A stretch of DNA of 58,570 nt, from positions 1 through 58,570 of the forward strand of contig JACNKA010000118.1 in NCBI GenBank assembly GCA_014382285.1, read 5' to 3'. This document shows positions 40,360 through 50,383 of the stretch, piece by piece. Numbering within the stretch: the stretch's first letter is position 1; each line of letters starts with the position of its first letter. Under the pieces are notes generated by a model. That model ran no database searches and was not told where the DNA came from. It saw nothing but the letters and a program-made list of their open reading frames with translations. Position numbers and translations under genes: made by a program. The DNA comes from Nitrospinota bacterium. Lineage in GTDB: Bacteria; Nitrospinota; Nitrospinia; Nitrospinales; VA-1.

Positions 40360-43300
40360 TTAATGAACGGAAGTTAACTCTTGTTGTTCTGCATAACCCT
40401 GTCTTCGGGAAAATCGGTACTGCAGAACCATGGCATAGAGTGCAGGAAGAACCACCAGATTCAATAATGTCGCGGAAACCATTCCTCCTACCATTGGAGC
40501 GGCAATTCGTTTCATCACTTCAGATCCCGTTCCAGTTCCGATCATGATGGGAATGAGTCCGCCCACTGTGGAAATGACAGTCATCATGATGGGACGAATC
40601 CTCGAGCTGGTTCCTTCCAGAACGGCTTTGAGCACATCCACAGAACTCTTGATCTCACCACGGGCCATCCGTTTTTCAAAAGTCTGGTTCACATAGACCA
40701 GCACCAGAACTCCAATTTCTGTCGCCACCCCGGCAAGTGCAATGAAACCCACCGCCACAGCCACACTCAAATCGTATTTCAAAAAATACAAAATCCACAC
40801 CCCGCCAATTAATGCCAGCGGGAAGGAGAGCATAACAATAACGGTTTCGGCAACTCTTCTAAAGTTTAAATACAACAATAGCAAAATAAGTGACAAGGTC
40901 AATGGCACCACCACCTTCAACCGCTCCTTCGCCCGCTCCATATATTCATACTGGCCGCTCCATACCAGGTTATAGCCGGGAGGAAGCACCAGACCCGCAT
41001 TGACAATTTTTTTCGCCTGTTCCACATAGGTGCCCACGTCAATATCTTTCAGATCGATGTATACCCAGGCATTGAGTCTCGCATTTTCGGTTTTAATTAC
41101 AGGAGGACCTTTTCTGATAACAATTTTGGCGACCTGAGCCATGGGAATATGCTCCCCGCCCGATGTGGGGATAAGCACTCTGTGCAATTTATCCAAATCA
41201 CTTCTAAGTCCACGAGGATAACGGACGTTTATAGGATAACGCTCCAGCCCCTGGATAATGGTCGATACATTCATGCCACCGATAGCCGTCTGGATAACAT
41301 CCTGAATATCGCCAACCGTCAGTCCATAGCGGGAAGCCTCTTCCCTGTTAATTTCAAAGTCCAAATAATTCCCTCCCACAACCCGCTCTGAAAACACACT
41401 TAAGGTTCCCGGAGCATTTTTTATGAGAGCCTCCACTTCCTTCCCCAGTTTTTCCAATACAACCAAATCATTTCCTGAAATTTTAATACCCACCGGAGTT
41501 TTAATTCCCGTGGATAACATATCAATGCGGGTCTTGATAGGCATGGTCCATGCGTTGGTAACACCGGGAATCTTTAAAGCCGCGTCCATCTCCTGGATCA
41601 ATAATTTTTGCGTCATGCCCTCCCGCCATTCTGATTCAGGCTTCAGAGCGATGATCGTTTCCACCATACTGAGAGGAGCAGGGTCAGTCGCCGTTTCCGC
41701 CCGCCCTATTTTCCCAAAAACATGATGCACTTCTGGAAAGGTTTTAATTATCTTGTCCGTTTGTTGCAGAAGTTCTTTCGCTTTGGTGATCGAAATTCCC
41801 GGCAGAGTGGTTGGCATGTACAACAAATCGCCTTCATTCAATGGGGGCATGAATTCAGAACCCAGCCGTTGCAAAGGAATATAGGTCACAGCCATCAATA
41901 GTAATGCGACAACAACCACCAGCACCTTCATCCTCAATGCGAGCCAAATGAAAGGTTTGAACAACCAGACAAACAACAGGTTGAGAGGGTTGTAACGTTC
42001 TGGCAGAACATAACCACGAATAAAATATCCCATTAATACCGGAACCAAAGTGATCGCAAGAAGCGCGGAGCAGGCCATCGAATAGGTTTTCGTGAAAGCC
42101 AAAGGAGAAAAAAGCCGACCCTCCTGCGCCTCCAGGGTAAAGACAGGAAGAAATGAAACAGTAATGATCAACAGGCTGAAAAATAGTGCCGGCCCCACTT
42201 CTGAGGCGGCTTCATATATAATCTGCCAATGGTCTTTTCCCCCGCGATCGGATTCCAGGTGCTTGTGCGCATTTTCGATCATAACAATCGCGCCATCGAT
42301 CAACGCGCCGATGGCTATCGCAATTCCCCCCAAAGACATTATGTTTGCGTTCAATCCCTGCTGGTTCATAATAATGAGGGCCATCAAAACGCTTAAAGGA
42401 ATGGTGATGATCGCAACCAGTGCTGACCTCAGGTGCAAAAGAAACAAAACACATATGATGGCTACGGCGATGCCTTCTTCAATCAGCTTTTCTTTTAAGT
42501 TGTCAACGGCTCTCTCTATCAGCCCAGAGCGATCATACACAGGAACAATTTCCACCCCTTCGGGCAAACCAGACTTTAAAGATTCCAGTTTATTTTTAAC
42601 GTTCTGGATAACTTCCAAAGCGTTTTCTCCAAACCGCTGTATGACAACACCCCCCACCACTTCACCTTCGCCATTCAGATCAACAACTCCACGTCTTAGT
42701 TCGGGGCCCAGTCGAACACGGGCAACGTCCCGCATCAAAACAGGCGTTCCATTTTTAGCCACGCCTAACGGTATACTCTTGATGTCCTCCAGGTTCTGGA
42801 TATAACCCAGGCCACGAACCATGAATTCTGTTTCAGACATTTCCAGCAAACGTCCACCCACGTCATTATTACTACGTTTGATCGCCGCCACGATTTTGTG
42901 CAAAGGCAGGTCATAGGCCGCCAGTTTATTGGGGTCGACCTCAACCTGATATTGTTTGACAAAACCGCCGATACTGGCAACTTCTGAAACTCCCGGAACG
43001 GTTTGCAACTCATATCGAAGATACCAGTCCTGAATAGAGCGCAATTCAGACAAATCGTGATTTCCGGTTTTATCCACCAGCGCGTATTCAAAAACCCAAC
43101 CGACCCCCGTAGCATCCGGCCCCAAAGTAGGGCTGATGTTCGGAGGCAAACGCCCGGACACAAAGTTCATCTGTTCCAGAACCCGGCTTCTGGCCCAGTA
43201 CATATCCGTTCCATCTTCAAAAATAATATAAACGAAAGATAATCCGAAAAAGGAGTAGCCCCGCACCACTTTCGCGTAGGGAACAGAAAGCATTGCGGTC

Positions 43301-43509
43301 GTCAAAGGGTAAGTGACCTGATCTTCTACAATTTGAGGGGCTTGACCGGGAAACTCTGTGAAAATAATGACCTGCACATCGCTCAAGTCAGGGATAGCAT
43401 CCAAAGGCGTTCGATTCAGAGAATAAACACCCCACGCAACCACAAAGGCGGTAGCCAAAAGCACCAGAAAGCGATTCTTTAGAGAAAACCCGATAATGTG
43501 TTTTATCAT
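40360..43509 (-). CDS. cusA: Cu(I)/Ag(I) heavy-metal efflux RND permease
   Basis: DAIPDLSDVQVII, LGPDATGVGWV, GDLLYMPTTLPG, TDPAPLSM, WTMPIKTRIDM (Met-triad regions), RIRPIMMT. Confidence 0.96.
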   Translation of the reverse strand: MIKHIIGFSLKNRFLVLLATAFVVAWGVYSLNRTPLDAIPDLSDVQVIIFTEFPGQAPQIVEDQVTYPLTTAMLSVPYAKVVRGYSFFGLSFVYIIFEDGTDMYWARSRVLEQMNFVSGRLPPNISPTLGPDATGVGWVFEYALVDKTGNHDLSELRSIQDWYLRYELQTVPGVSEVASIGGFVKQYQVEVDPNKLAAYDLPLHKIVAAIKRSNNDVGGRLLEMSETEFMVRGLGYIQNLEDIKSIPLGVAKNGTPVLMRDVARVRLGPELRRGVVDLNGEGEVVGGVVIQRFGENALEVIQNVKNKLESLKSGLPEGVEIVPVYDRSGLIERAVDNLKEKLIEEGIAVAIICVLFLLHLRSALVAIITIPLSVLMALIIMNQQGLNANIMSLGGIAIAIGALIDGAIVMIENAHKHLESDRGGKDHWQIIYEAASEVGPALFFSLLIITVSFLPVFTLEAQEGRLFSPLAFTKTYSMACSALLAITLVPVLMGYFIRGYVLPERYNPLNLLFVWLFKPFIWLALRMKVLVVVVALLLMAVTYIPLQRLGSEFMPPLNEGDLLYMPTTLPGISITKAKELLQQTDKIIKTFPEVHHVFGKIGRAETATDPAPLSMVETIIALKPESEWREGMTQKLLIQEMDAALKIPGVTNAWTMPIKTRIDMLSTGIKTPVGIKISGNDLVVLEKLGKEVEALIKNAPGTLSVFSERVVGGNYLDFEINREEASRYGLTVGDIQDVIQTAIGGMNVSTIIQGLERYPINVRYPRGLRSDLDKLHRVLIPTSGGEHIPMAQVAKIVIRKGPPVIKTENARLNAWVYIDLKDIDVGTYVEQAKKIVNAGLVLPPGYNLVWSGQYEYMERAKERLKVVVPLTLSLILLLLYLNFRRVAETVIVMLSFPLALIGGVWILYFLKYDLSVAVAVGFIALAGVATEIGVLVLVYVNQTFEKRMARGEIKSSVDVLKAVLEGTSSRIRPIMMTVISTVGGLIPIMIGTGTGSEVMKRIAAPMVGGMVSATLLNLVVLPALYAMVLQYRFSRRQGYAEQQELTSVH

Positions 43510-43519
43510 AATGTTCTCC

Positions 43520-43546
43520 CACTAAAAGGCATTGGGCCTTTTAGTG
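43520..43546. other. Perfect 11-bp inverted repeat between cusB stop and cusA SD
   Basis: cactaaaaggc-attgg-gccttttagtg. Confidence 0.8.
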
Positions 43547-45202
43547 CTTAGGCTCCTCTTTCAAAGTTAGTTCCATGCTCTTGCTTTTTTTGCCGGACCT
43601 ATTCATCATCTTCTCATCCATTTTGTTTAACGCTTCTTTAAGCTGACTTTCAGAGTCGATCAGAAAAACCGAGGAGGTCACTACCTTTTCGCCTACTTTT
43701 AAACCTTTCAGGACCTGAATATAGCCCTTGCTTTTTACTCCCAGGGTAAGTTCCCGCGAATCAAACGCGCCAGAAGGACGTTGAACCATCGCCATGGTTT
43801 TATCCCCAGCATAAATCACAGCTTCTTCAGGTATCGCCATTTCTTTTCGGGCCGCTTCAGGCTTAAGGGTGACGTTGGCATACATTTCCGGTTTCAACTC
43901 ACCGCCAGGGTTAGAGAACTCTACCCGCACTTTTAAAGTGCGGGACTTAGAATCCATTATCGGGTCAATAAAAGTCACTTTACCTTTGAATTTTTTTCCA
44001 GGAAAATAGGAGAGATTCATCTCCGCTTCCTGTCCCAGCTTGACCCAAGGCACTTCATACTCGTAGACATCCACAATGACCCAAATGTTAGAGAGGTCGG
44101 CAATCATGTATAAATTCATTCCAGGCTGAACATGCATTCCTTGCAAGGCATTTTTCTTGACGACAACCCCCTTTACCGGAGAGTGAATATGCATGGTTTT
44201 CCTGACTTTTTTATTTTTAATCAACTCCGCAATCTGATGTCCTGGAACATCAAATAATTCCAGGCGCTTTAGAGTGGAGTCCACCAATCCTTTAGCACCC
44301 CGGCTGATCTCAGGGAAGGAACTGCTTTTCAGGGACTCCTGATATTTCAAGGCCAGAATCAATTCTTCCTGAGTGGTGACCAGTTCTGGACTGTAAATCT
44401 CCAGAAGAACATCATTTTCATTCACTTCCTGACCGGTAAAATCGACCTCCAGTTTATCTATCCATCCGCCGTATTTAGTATGAATGTGGTGGATCAAGCG
44501 TTCATCATAAGTCAGGCGTCCGATGGTTCTTATTTCCCGACTCAAGGATCGCTTTTTTACAACTGCCGTTTTAACCCCAATGTTTTGCACCATAGTGGGA
44601 TTAATGGAGACGTTCCCTCCTATTTCATCCTTATAAACAGGCACTAAATCCATTCCCATCGGCCCTTTGCCAGGCTTGTCGGAGATATAATCAGGGTTCA
44701 TCGGAGCCCGCCAATGTTTGATTTCTCTTCCTGGCTTCTTTGTCGCACTGCCCACCGGTTTCACAGACGGGGCATCGACTTTGTCCACCATCTCCAGCGT
44801 TTTTCCATACATCATGCTGGCAATTGGCTTCACCTTCGTGACTCCAACCAACACCCATTTTCGGCCCTCATCAACCCATTGCGACAACACATCCGGCCGG
44901 GTTCCGAATCCCACAAGAAAAGCCGCCCCCAACAAGCTGAACAATAAAAATATTCGTAAGACACTCAACCCGGTTTTCTTTCTCAACATAGCCATCCGTT
45001 CAAAACGTTTTAAAGGGAATAATATCTCCTCTTGATTCACGTCATCAGGGGTTGGACTATGCCCGCTATAGTTTTCAGTCTGTCGCTCATTGCCCCGCTC
45101 TGGAGTCTGGGAAATTTTTCCAACAACCGCATCGCTCAACGGGTCACCTATACCTTTTTCCAGATGTTGGTCTTCATTTTCATGATTTATCTCATTCATC
45201 AC
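43541..45202 (-). CDS. cusB: RND periplasmic adaptor subunit with N-terminal heavy-metal-binding motif
   Basis: WRAPMNPDYISDKPGKGPMGMDLVPVY, IYSPELVTTQEE, RTLKVRVEFSNP, LKPEMYA. True start ambiguous (45202 or near 44995). Confidence 0.92.
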   Translation of the reverse strand: MMNEINHENEDQHLEKGIGDPLSDAVVGKISQTPERGNERQTENYSGHSPTPDDVNQEEILFPLKRFERMAMLRKKTGLSVLRIFLLFSLLGAAFLVGFGTRPDVLSQWVDEGRKWVLVGVTKVKPIASMMYGKTLEMVDKVDAPSVKPVGSATKKPGREIKHWRAPMNPDYISDKPGKGPMGMDLVPVYKDEIGGNVSINPTMVQNIGVKTAVVKKRSLSREIRTIGRLTYDERLIHHIHTKYGGWIDKLEVDFTGQEVNENDVLLEIYSPELVTTQEELILALKYQESLKSSSFPEISRGAKGLVDSTLKRLELFDVPGHQIAELIKNKKVRKTMHIHSPVKGVVVKKNALQGMHVQPGMNLYMIADLSNIWVIVDVYEYEVPWVKLGQEAEMNLSYFPGKKFKGKVTFIDPIMDSKSRTLKVRVEFSNPGGELKPEMYANVTLKPEAARKEMAIPEEAVIYAGDKTMAMVQRPSGAFDSRELTLGVKSKGYIQVLKGLKVGEKVVTSSVFLIDSESQLKEALNKMDEKMMNRSGKKSKSMELTLKEEPKH

Positions 45203-45239
45203 TCGATTCCCAATTCAACAATCGGTTTGCACAAATGCA

Positions 45240-46514
45240 TTAAAACAAATTTTTCCCGGCACTCTGTTCAATCACTGCCAGGTTTTTTTCATAATCCGTC
45301 AGTTCACGGTGATACTTGATCTGCCAATTAAATAATGTCAACTGATTGTCCAAAAGAGTCAGAAAATCAACTTTATCGACGCTGTAACCGGCGAGTGCCG
45401 ATTCAAGAGACTGCCGAGCCTGAGGAAGAATTCCCTGCTCAATCAACCCAAGGGTTCTACTGCCCTGCTGTTCCTTATCAACCAGTTTCTTTAAATTCAG
45501 AAAGATTTGGTTTTTGGCCTTGTTATAGGTCTCACTCGCCATTTCCACCTTGTAAGCCGTTTCCGAAACACGACGTGACTGTTTGGTTTTGTACCAGATG
45601 GGAATATTGATGCCGACAAAGGCCGAAACAAAATCAGGACGATCTATCATTTGGGTCCCGTCTCTTTGTCCATATTTAAGTCCAACATTAAAATCAGGGT
45701 AGTATTCCTTTTCAGCTAACTTTTTCGATGACCCATATCGCTCTTTGAGAGAAAGTATTTTAGACAACAAAGGGCGATGCTTCTCCGCGATAGCTTGAAG
45801 TTTCTCCACGGTGAAATTGAAATCCGTTTTGCCAATGCCATGCGGAATCATCAAATCCTCCTGAGGCAGGAGATTCATCAGGGAGTTCAGCTTTGCCTTT
45901 TCAAATCCCTCGAGTTTTTGCAGTTCAATCAGTCTCTCCATAATCTTGCTCAGTTCCACCTGGGCTTTGAGTACATCCTGTTGCAGCCCTTTGCCCACTG
46001 AATACTTTGACTCGGCAATGACGACAAACTGCTCCAGAAGTGTTTTGTTTTCCTTTGTGATATTCGTAGCCTCCAAGACAAAACACAATTCGTAAAAAGC
46101 CAGCTTCACATCACGGGTGATGGTCAGTCTGGCTTCTTCCAGATCCTGCTCGGTGATGGCTATATTTTTCCCTGCGATTTCCGCCTTGAGTCCCAGCTTT
46201 CCGGGGTAAGGCAGTTTTTGGGAAAGTGAAAACAGTTTTTGCGTCATATTCTCCTGAGACAAATCAAACGTATCGACCGGCATATTCATCAACTGAAATT
46301 GCAGAATCGGGTCGTCCAGAGAACTCACCTGAGAAGGGACTTCCTGAGCCGCTTTGATTCGATTTTGAAACTCTTTTATCGCAGGATTGTTTTCCAACGC
46401 TGTCGTGATAAAACTCTGAAGAACCGATTTGAATGGATTTTCCTGTGCACTACCTGAATCCGGGAACAGCATCAGTAACGTTCCCATAAATAGTAGAAAC
46501 CGAATGGATCTCAT
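45240..46514 (-). CDS. cusC: TolC-family outer-membrane efflux protein (CusC-like)
   Basis: Signal peptide after ATG 46514 (SD GGAAGAGG), ALENNP, LSQKLPYPGK, YSVDKVDFLTLLD; first gene of the cus operon. Confidence 0.85.
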   Translation of the reverse strand: MRSIRFLLFMGTLLMLFPDSGSAQENPFKSVLQSFITTALENNPAIKEFQNRIKAAQEVPSQVSSLDDPILQFQLMNMPVDTFDLSQENMTQKLFSLSQKLPYPGKLGLKAEIAGKNIAITEQDLEEARLTITRDVKLAFYELCFVLEATNITKENKTLLEQFVVIAESKYSVGKGLQQDVLKAQVELSKIMERLIELQKLEGFEKAKLNSLMNLLPQEDLMIPHGIGKTDFNFTVEKLQAIAEKHRPLLSKILSLKERYGSSKKLAEKEYYPDFNVGLKYGQRDGTQMIDRPDFVSAFVGINIPIWYKTKQSRRVSETAYKVEMASETYNKAKNQIFLNLKKLVDKEQQGSRTLGLIEQGILPQARQSLESALAGYSVDKVDFLTLLDNQLTLFNWQIKYHRELTDYEKNLAVIEQSAGKNLF

Positions 46515-46633
46515 AACTGCCTCTTCCAATATGTGGAGTTGATTTTTCCCCAGCCTGCTAAATTAGCGCAAGACTAAAATTATAGCTAAATTGGGCTAAT
46601 GCAGGGATGGAGCAACAAAACAAGCTGGAAAGG

Positions 46634-46900
46634 TTATTGAGGGGGGTGATCGAAAGGCAATGGCGCCGGAGTGGGCATATCTGCCAAGGCATCATCCGGG
46701 CAAGCGGTGAAGGAGTACTCATACTGCAGGCCTGAAAGCTCAGGCACACTGATGATACAGCAGTTTTCACAAGCCGTCTTGACCGTGCAATCATCCATAT
46801 GAAGAGGCATGGTGATGGCAGTGGAAGACGTAAACATAAAGCAGATAGCCAGAAACAGAGCAACCGCCAAACGCTTTTGATTGTGTGAAAAAGCTTTCAT
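46634..46900 (-). CDS. 88-aa exported Cys-rich protein with Pro-rich C-terminus; putative CutF/CruR (DUF2946)-like leader
   Basis: Signal-like N-terminus, HMDDCTVKTACENCC, C-terminal MPTPAPLPFDHPPQ; 119 nt upstream of cusC on the same strand. Confidence 0.65.
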   Translation of the reverse strand: MKAFSHNQKRLAVALFLAICFMFTSSTAITMPLHMDDCTVKTACENCCIISVPELSGLQYEYSFTACPDDALADMPTPAPLPFDHPPQ

Positions 46901-47098
46901 ACTATTCTCATCGGTTACAGTGCTAACAATATAAACCCTTTTAAACGATTTGTCCATAAGTGAGCCCGGTTTAGACTTGGAAGAATACTGACAACCATTT
47001 TCACAAGGTTTCTAAAAAATCCTGAACTGTTTTATTAATTGGGTTTCGCGGCTGGGCTGTAATAAACTGGAGGAGTGTTAAATTTTTCCCAGTGACCC

Positions 47099-50000
47099 AT
47101 GCAATCCTCTTCAAAAATCCACCACTTTCTCAACCGGCTTCAGGCTAAATGGAACCGGGTTCTTCTCATTCAGGCCGCCTATTCGGTATTAACCGTTATA
47201 GCCGGGTGCGCTCTTGCGACCGGGCTGTTTTTTTATTTTCAATCCCCATTGTTGAGCTACGGCTGGTCCAGCCTGATCATAATTTTACTGGGTTGGTGCC
47301 TCCACTCCTATTCCGGGTTTAGCAGAATAGACCGAGAGCAGGCCGCGCTTCTGACCGAAGCCAAATATCCCGAATTAAACAACTCCCTGATCAATGCCAT
47401 ACAGTTGGAACGTCATTTAACAAAACCTCAAGGAGGAATTTTTTCTCTTTCTTTCATTCGCGAACAACTCCAGCGCACTGAATCTGAAATTCAGAAGCTC
47501 GACCCGGATTCAGTAGTGAGTGGCCAAAGATTTGTTCCCGCGCGCAACGTGTTTCTGGTAACGCTTCTTGCCTTAATCACAGCCACCACATTATTGCCTG
47601 ATTTCAAAGTTTCTTCAGACTCGCAGGAGATGGCCATCCAGAAAGAAAATAAAGAGGATCTCCAACCTGTTGAAAACCAGACGGCGTATCAAATAGACAA
47701 CCTGTCTCTGACGCTGGAGTTCCCCGCATACACACGATTGAAAAGGCAAATCATTACGCAGGGTTCCTTCAAAGCTTTGCCCGGGACCGAAGTGCAAATC
47801 AGCGGCAATAGCAACCTGCCGGTCGAGCGAGCAGAGTTGGTGGTGAACAACCGTGACCATTTTGTAATGACTGTGAACGACTTTAAAAATCTGAATGGTT
47901 CTTTCATGCTGCGTGAAAAAGGCCATTACCAGTTCAGGGTAAAACCTCCTGATGAGGAAAAGGTTCTTCTTAAAGAAAAATATTCCATCGAGTTGGATCA
48001 GGATAAGTCCCCTCAAGTGATTTTGTTTCCGGCAAATCCCAAGCCGGTTTATTATGAAACCGACAGGGTGCAAATATTTTATGAAGCCCACGATGATTTT
48101 GGAATCCGCAAAATTGACCTGATCGCCCAGGTCAATGACACCACCCTGACGAAAAGTGTCAAGAGCTTCAAGCACTCGGAAAAGGATTCAACAGGGAGTT
48201 ACACCTGGAACCTTTCTCTGGAAAAACTTCAACCGGGAGATGAAGTTCAATATTTCCTGGAAATTAAAGATAACGATAACGTCACCGGCCCCAACACCGG
48301 TCAATCAGAAATTTACAGTTTCATTGTTTTTGACAGCAGAAAAGAGCAGGAAAACCTGGTGCGTCTGCAAGAAGAGTTATCGGAAAAAATGATTGCCCTG
48401 CTGGCCAATGGACTTGTTGAAGGAGAGATACTTAAAACCTCCACCACCGATCCACTTTACGGGAAAAAGATTCTAGCTTCGCATGCTGATGCATTGATAG
48501 ATATCATCGGCCTGGCCCAGCGCATTAAAGATCAGGCAAAGGATTTTGACAATTTTCCCCGGCCTTATCTCACTCTTCTAACCAGCATCATTACTGGCTT
48601 GACCGCCATCCGCGAAGACCAGATTGATACCCTGAATAAAATACAAGGAACGATTATGAAACCCACGCCAGTGAGTTTCAATCTGGGTTCTGTTGAGATT
48701 CTTAATGCCAGAATGGTCACTCACCTGGAACAAGATATCCTTTATCTTATCAAGATGACCAATCGTCAGAAAATGGATCAGGTCATGGACCTTGAAGATC
48801 AATTGTCCCAATTAACTGAAGCTCTGCGGGAGGAGTTTGAAAATATCCGTGATAAAAAGTCTCCTCTGACTTCCAAACAGGTCAATTCCAAGCTAAATGA
48901 AATTCAACAAACCTTGCAGAAAATGATGGATAAACTCTCCCGGCAGAACCAGTCTGCCCCCGATGAGTTCCTCAATTCCAAGGCTTATAAAAGTATGAAT
49001 CTGGAAGAGACCCTGGCTTCGCTGGAAAAAATCAAGGATCTTGCCAATCAGGGAAAGATAGATGAAGCACTGGAACAACTCAAAAAGGTCGCTGAAGACC
49101 TGAGAGAACTGGCGAACCAGTTGGATCAGTCAAACTCCTCCATGGATTCACTTGTGGACAATCAGGTCATGGAGCAAATCAATGAATCCGTCGCGAAACT
49201 TGAATCTCTGGAAAAAAAGCAAAAAGAGATCATCGAAAAAACCTCCGAAATCAACCAGAAGCTACGCGCTAAACAGGCCAGACAATTTGAATTTTTAATA
49301 AAAAATTTCTTTGATGAATTAAAAAAAGATGTGACCGCCATTCAGAATCTTCTGGAAGAAAATTCAAAGTATCTGGATGAACACAAGGCCATGACAAAAA
49401 TGCGCGAATTAATGCAAGAGGAAACAAGAATCAGGCAGAAGATAAAATCACTGAGTCAAAAAACCATAGACTCAAGCCTGAGCGAAGATTTGGGAGACAA
49501 CTTCAAAGCATTGAATGAAGCTCGAAAGCAGTTGTCTACAACCGTCATTGAACAAGACAATCTGCGGACACGGGGCTTTCAGAATTTCAAGGAAAACCTT
49601 CCTCAGATTAAAAAGCGCTATGAAACCTTGAGAGAATTGACCGAACTGAACGAGTTGAACGAGTTTAACGCGCTCTTCAAAAACACATACCCTGAAATAT
49701 TTCGCTGGCAGGGTAGTATGAGGAGCACTCGTAATCAAAGGGAAGATATTGGCGACAGACTGAATCAGGATCTGAGAGAAGTCACGCGGCTTAATGCAGA
49801 GATTTCGAAAAAGCTAGGCTCTCTGAAACGCTCTATTGAAAGAGATAGCCAATCACTTCTGACTGATAAGGAAAAAACCCAACTCGATCAACTGTCCAGA
49901 CAGGAACAGGAAATGAGCCAGCAGGCTGAAGCAATGAAGGATTCATTCATTAAGATGAACCAGGAAAATCCTTTAGTCCCTCCCACCCTTTCGAGAAACA

Positions 50001-50383
50001 TGGGAGACGCGCAAAGGAACCTTAAAAATGCTCAGGATCGGTTGCAGACCCAACAGGTTCAAAGAGGCATTGATTCGGAGAACAGAGCTATGAAATCCCT
50101 TCAAGACACCCGAAAACAGTTAAACGAAATCAAAAACTCCGGCACTCAAATGTCTAACCAGGGCAAACGAGAAACCCCACTTCGGCTGGGAACAGGAAGC
50201 AGGAGGGATTCCAGACGTGGCGGCTCTGTCCGCATGCAAAAAGAAAAAGTGCTTCTACCCTCTGAAGACCAGTACAAAGTTCCCAGCGCTTTCCGTGAAG
50301 ACATACTAGACGCTATGAAAAAACAAACACCAAAAGATTATGAGCGTCTGGTTAACGAGTACTACAAGGAACTGGTACAGTGA
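47099..50383 (+). CDS. DUF4175-like large membrane-anchored coiled-coil protein
   Basis: N-terminal TM helices, LINAIQL, PAYT Ig-like region, DDFGI, DNDNVTGPNTG, long helical tail, C-terminal PKDYERLVNEYYKEL. Confidence 0.75.
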   Translation: MQSSSKIHHFLNRLQAKWNRVLLIQAAYSVLTVIAGCALATGLFFYFQSPLLSYGWSSLIIILLGWCLHSYSGFSRIDREQAALLTEAKYPELNNSLINAIQLERHLTKPQGGIFSLSFIREQLQRTESEIQKLDPDSVVSGQRFVPARNVFLVTLLALITATTLLPDFKVSSDSQEMAIQKENKEDLQPVENQTAYQIDNLSLTLEFPAYTRLKRQIITQGSFKALPGTEVQISGNSNLPVERAELVVNNRDHFVMTVNDFKNLNGSFMLREKGHYQFRVKPPDEEKVLLKEKYSIELDQDKSPQVILFPANPKPVYYETDRVQIFYEAHDDFGIRKIDLIAQVNDTTLTKSVKSFKHSEKDSTGSYTWNLSLEKLQPGDEVQYFLEIKDNDNVTGPNTGQSEIYSFIVFDSRKEQENLVRLQEELSEKMIALLANGLVEGEILKTSTTDPLYGKKILASHADALIDIIGLAQRIKDQAKDFDNFPRPYLTLLTSIITGLTAIREDQIDTLNKIQGTIMKPTPVSFNLGSVEILNARMVTHLEQDILYLIKMTNRQKMDQVMDLEDQLSQLTEALREEFENIRDKKSPLTSKQVNSKLNEIQQTLQKMMDKLSRQNQSAPDEFLNSKAYKSMNLEETLASLEKIKDLANQGKIDEALEQLKKVAEDLRELANQLDQSNSSMDSLVDNQVMEQINESVAKLESLEKKQKEIIEKTSEINQKLRAKQARQFEFLIKNFFDELKKDVTAIQNLLEENSKYLDEHKAMTKMRELMQEETRIRQKIKSLSQKTIDSSLSEDLGDNFKALNEARKQLSTTVIEQDNLRTRGFQNFKENLPQIKKRYETLRELTELNELNEFNALFKNTYPEIFRWQGSMRSTRNQREDIGDRLNQDLREVTRLNAEISKKLGSLKRSIERDSQSLLTDKEKTQLDQLSRQEQEMSQQAEAMKDSFIKMNQENPLVPPTLSRNMGDAQRNLKNAQDRLQTQQVQRGIDSENRAMKSLQDTRKQLNEIKNSGTQMSNQGKRETPLRLGTGSRRDSRRGGSVRMQKEKVLLPSEDQYKVPSAFREDILDAMKKQTPKDYERLVNEYYKELVQ

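Noticed and set aside
44996-45202. Acidic ~70-aa N-terminal extension of CusB
   Set aside because: Cannot be distinguished from a mis-called start (MAMLRKK... precedes the TM helix); both candidate SDs are weak.
46558-46863. Alternative 101-aa frame overlapping the cus leader ORF
   Set aside because: Lacks the coherent signal peptide + CxxC + terminal HPP architecture of the 46634-46900 frame.
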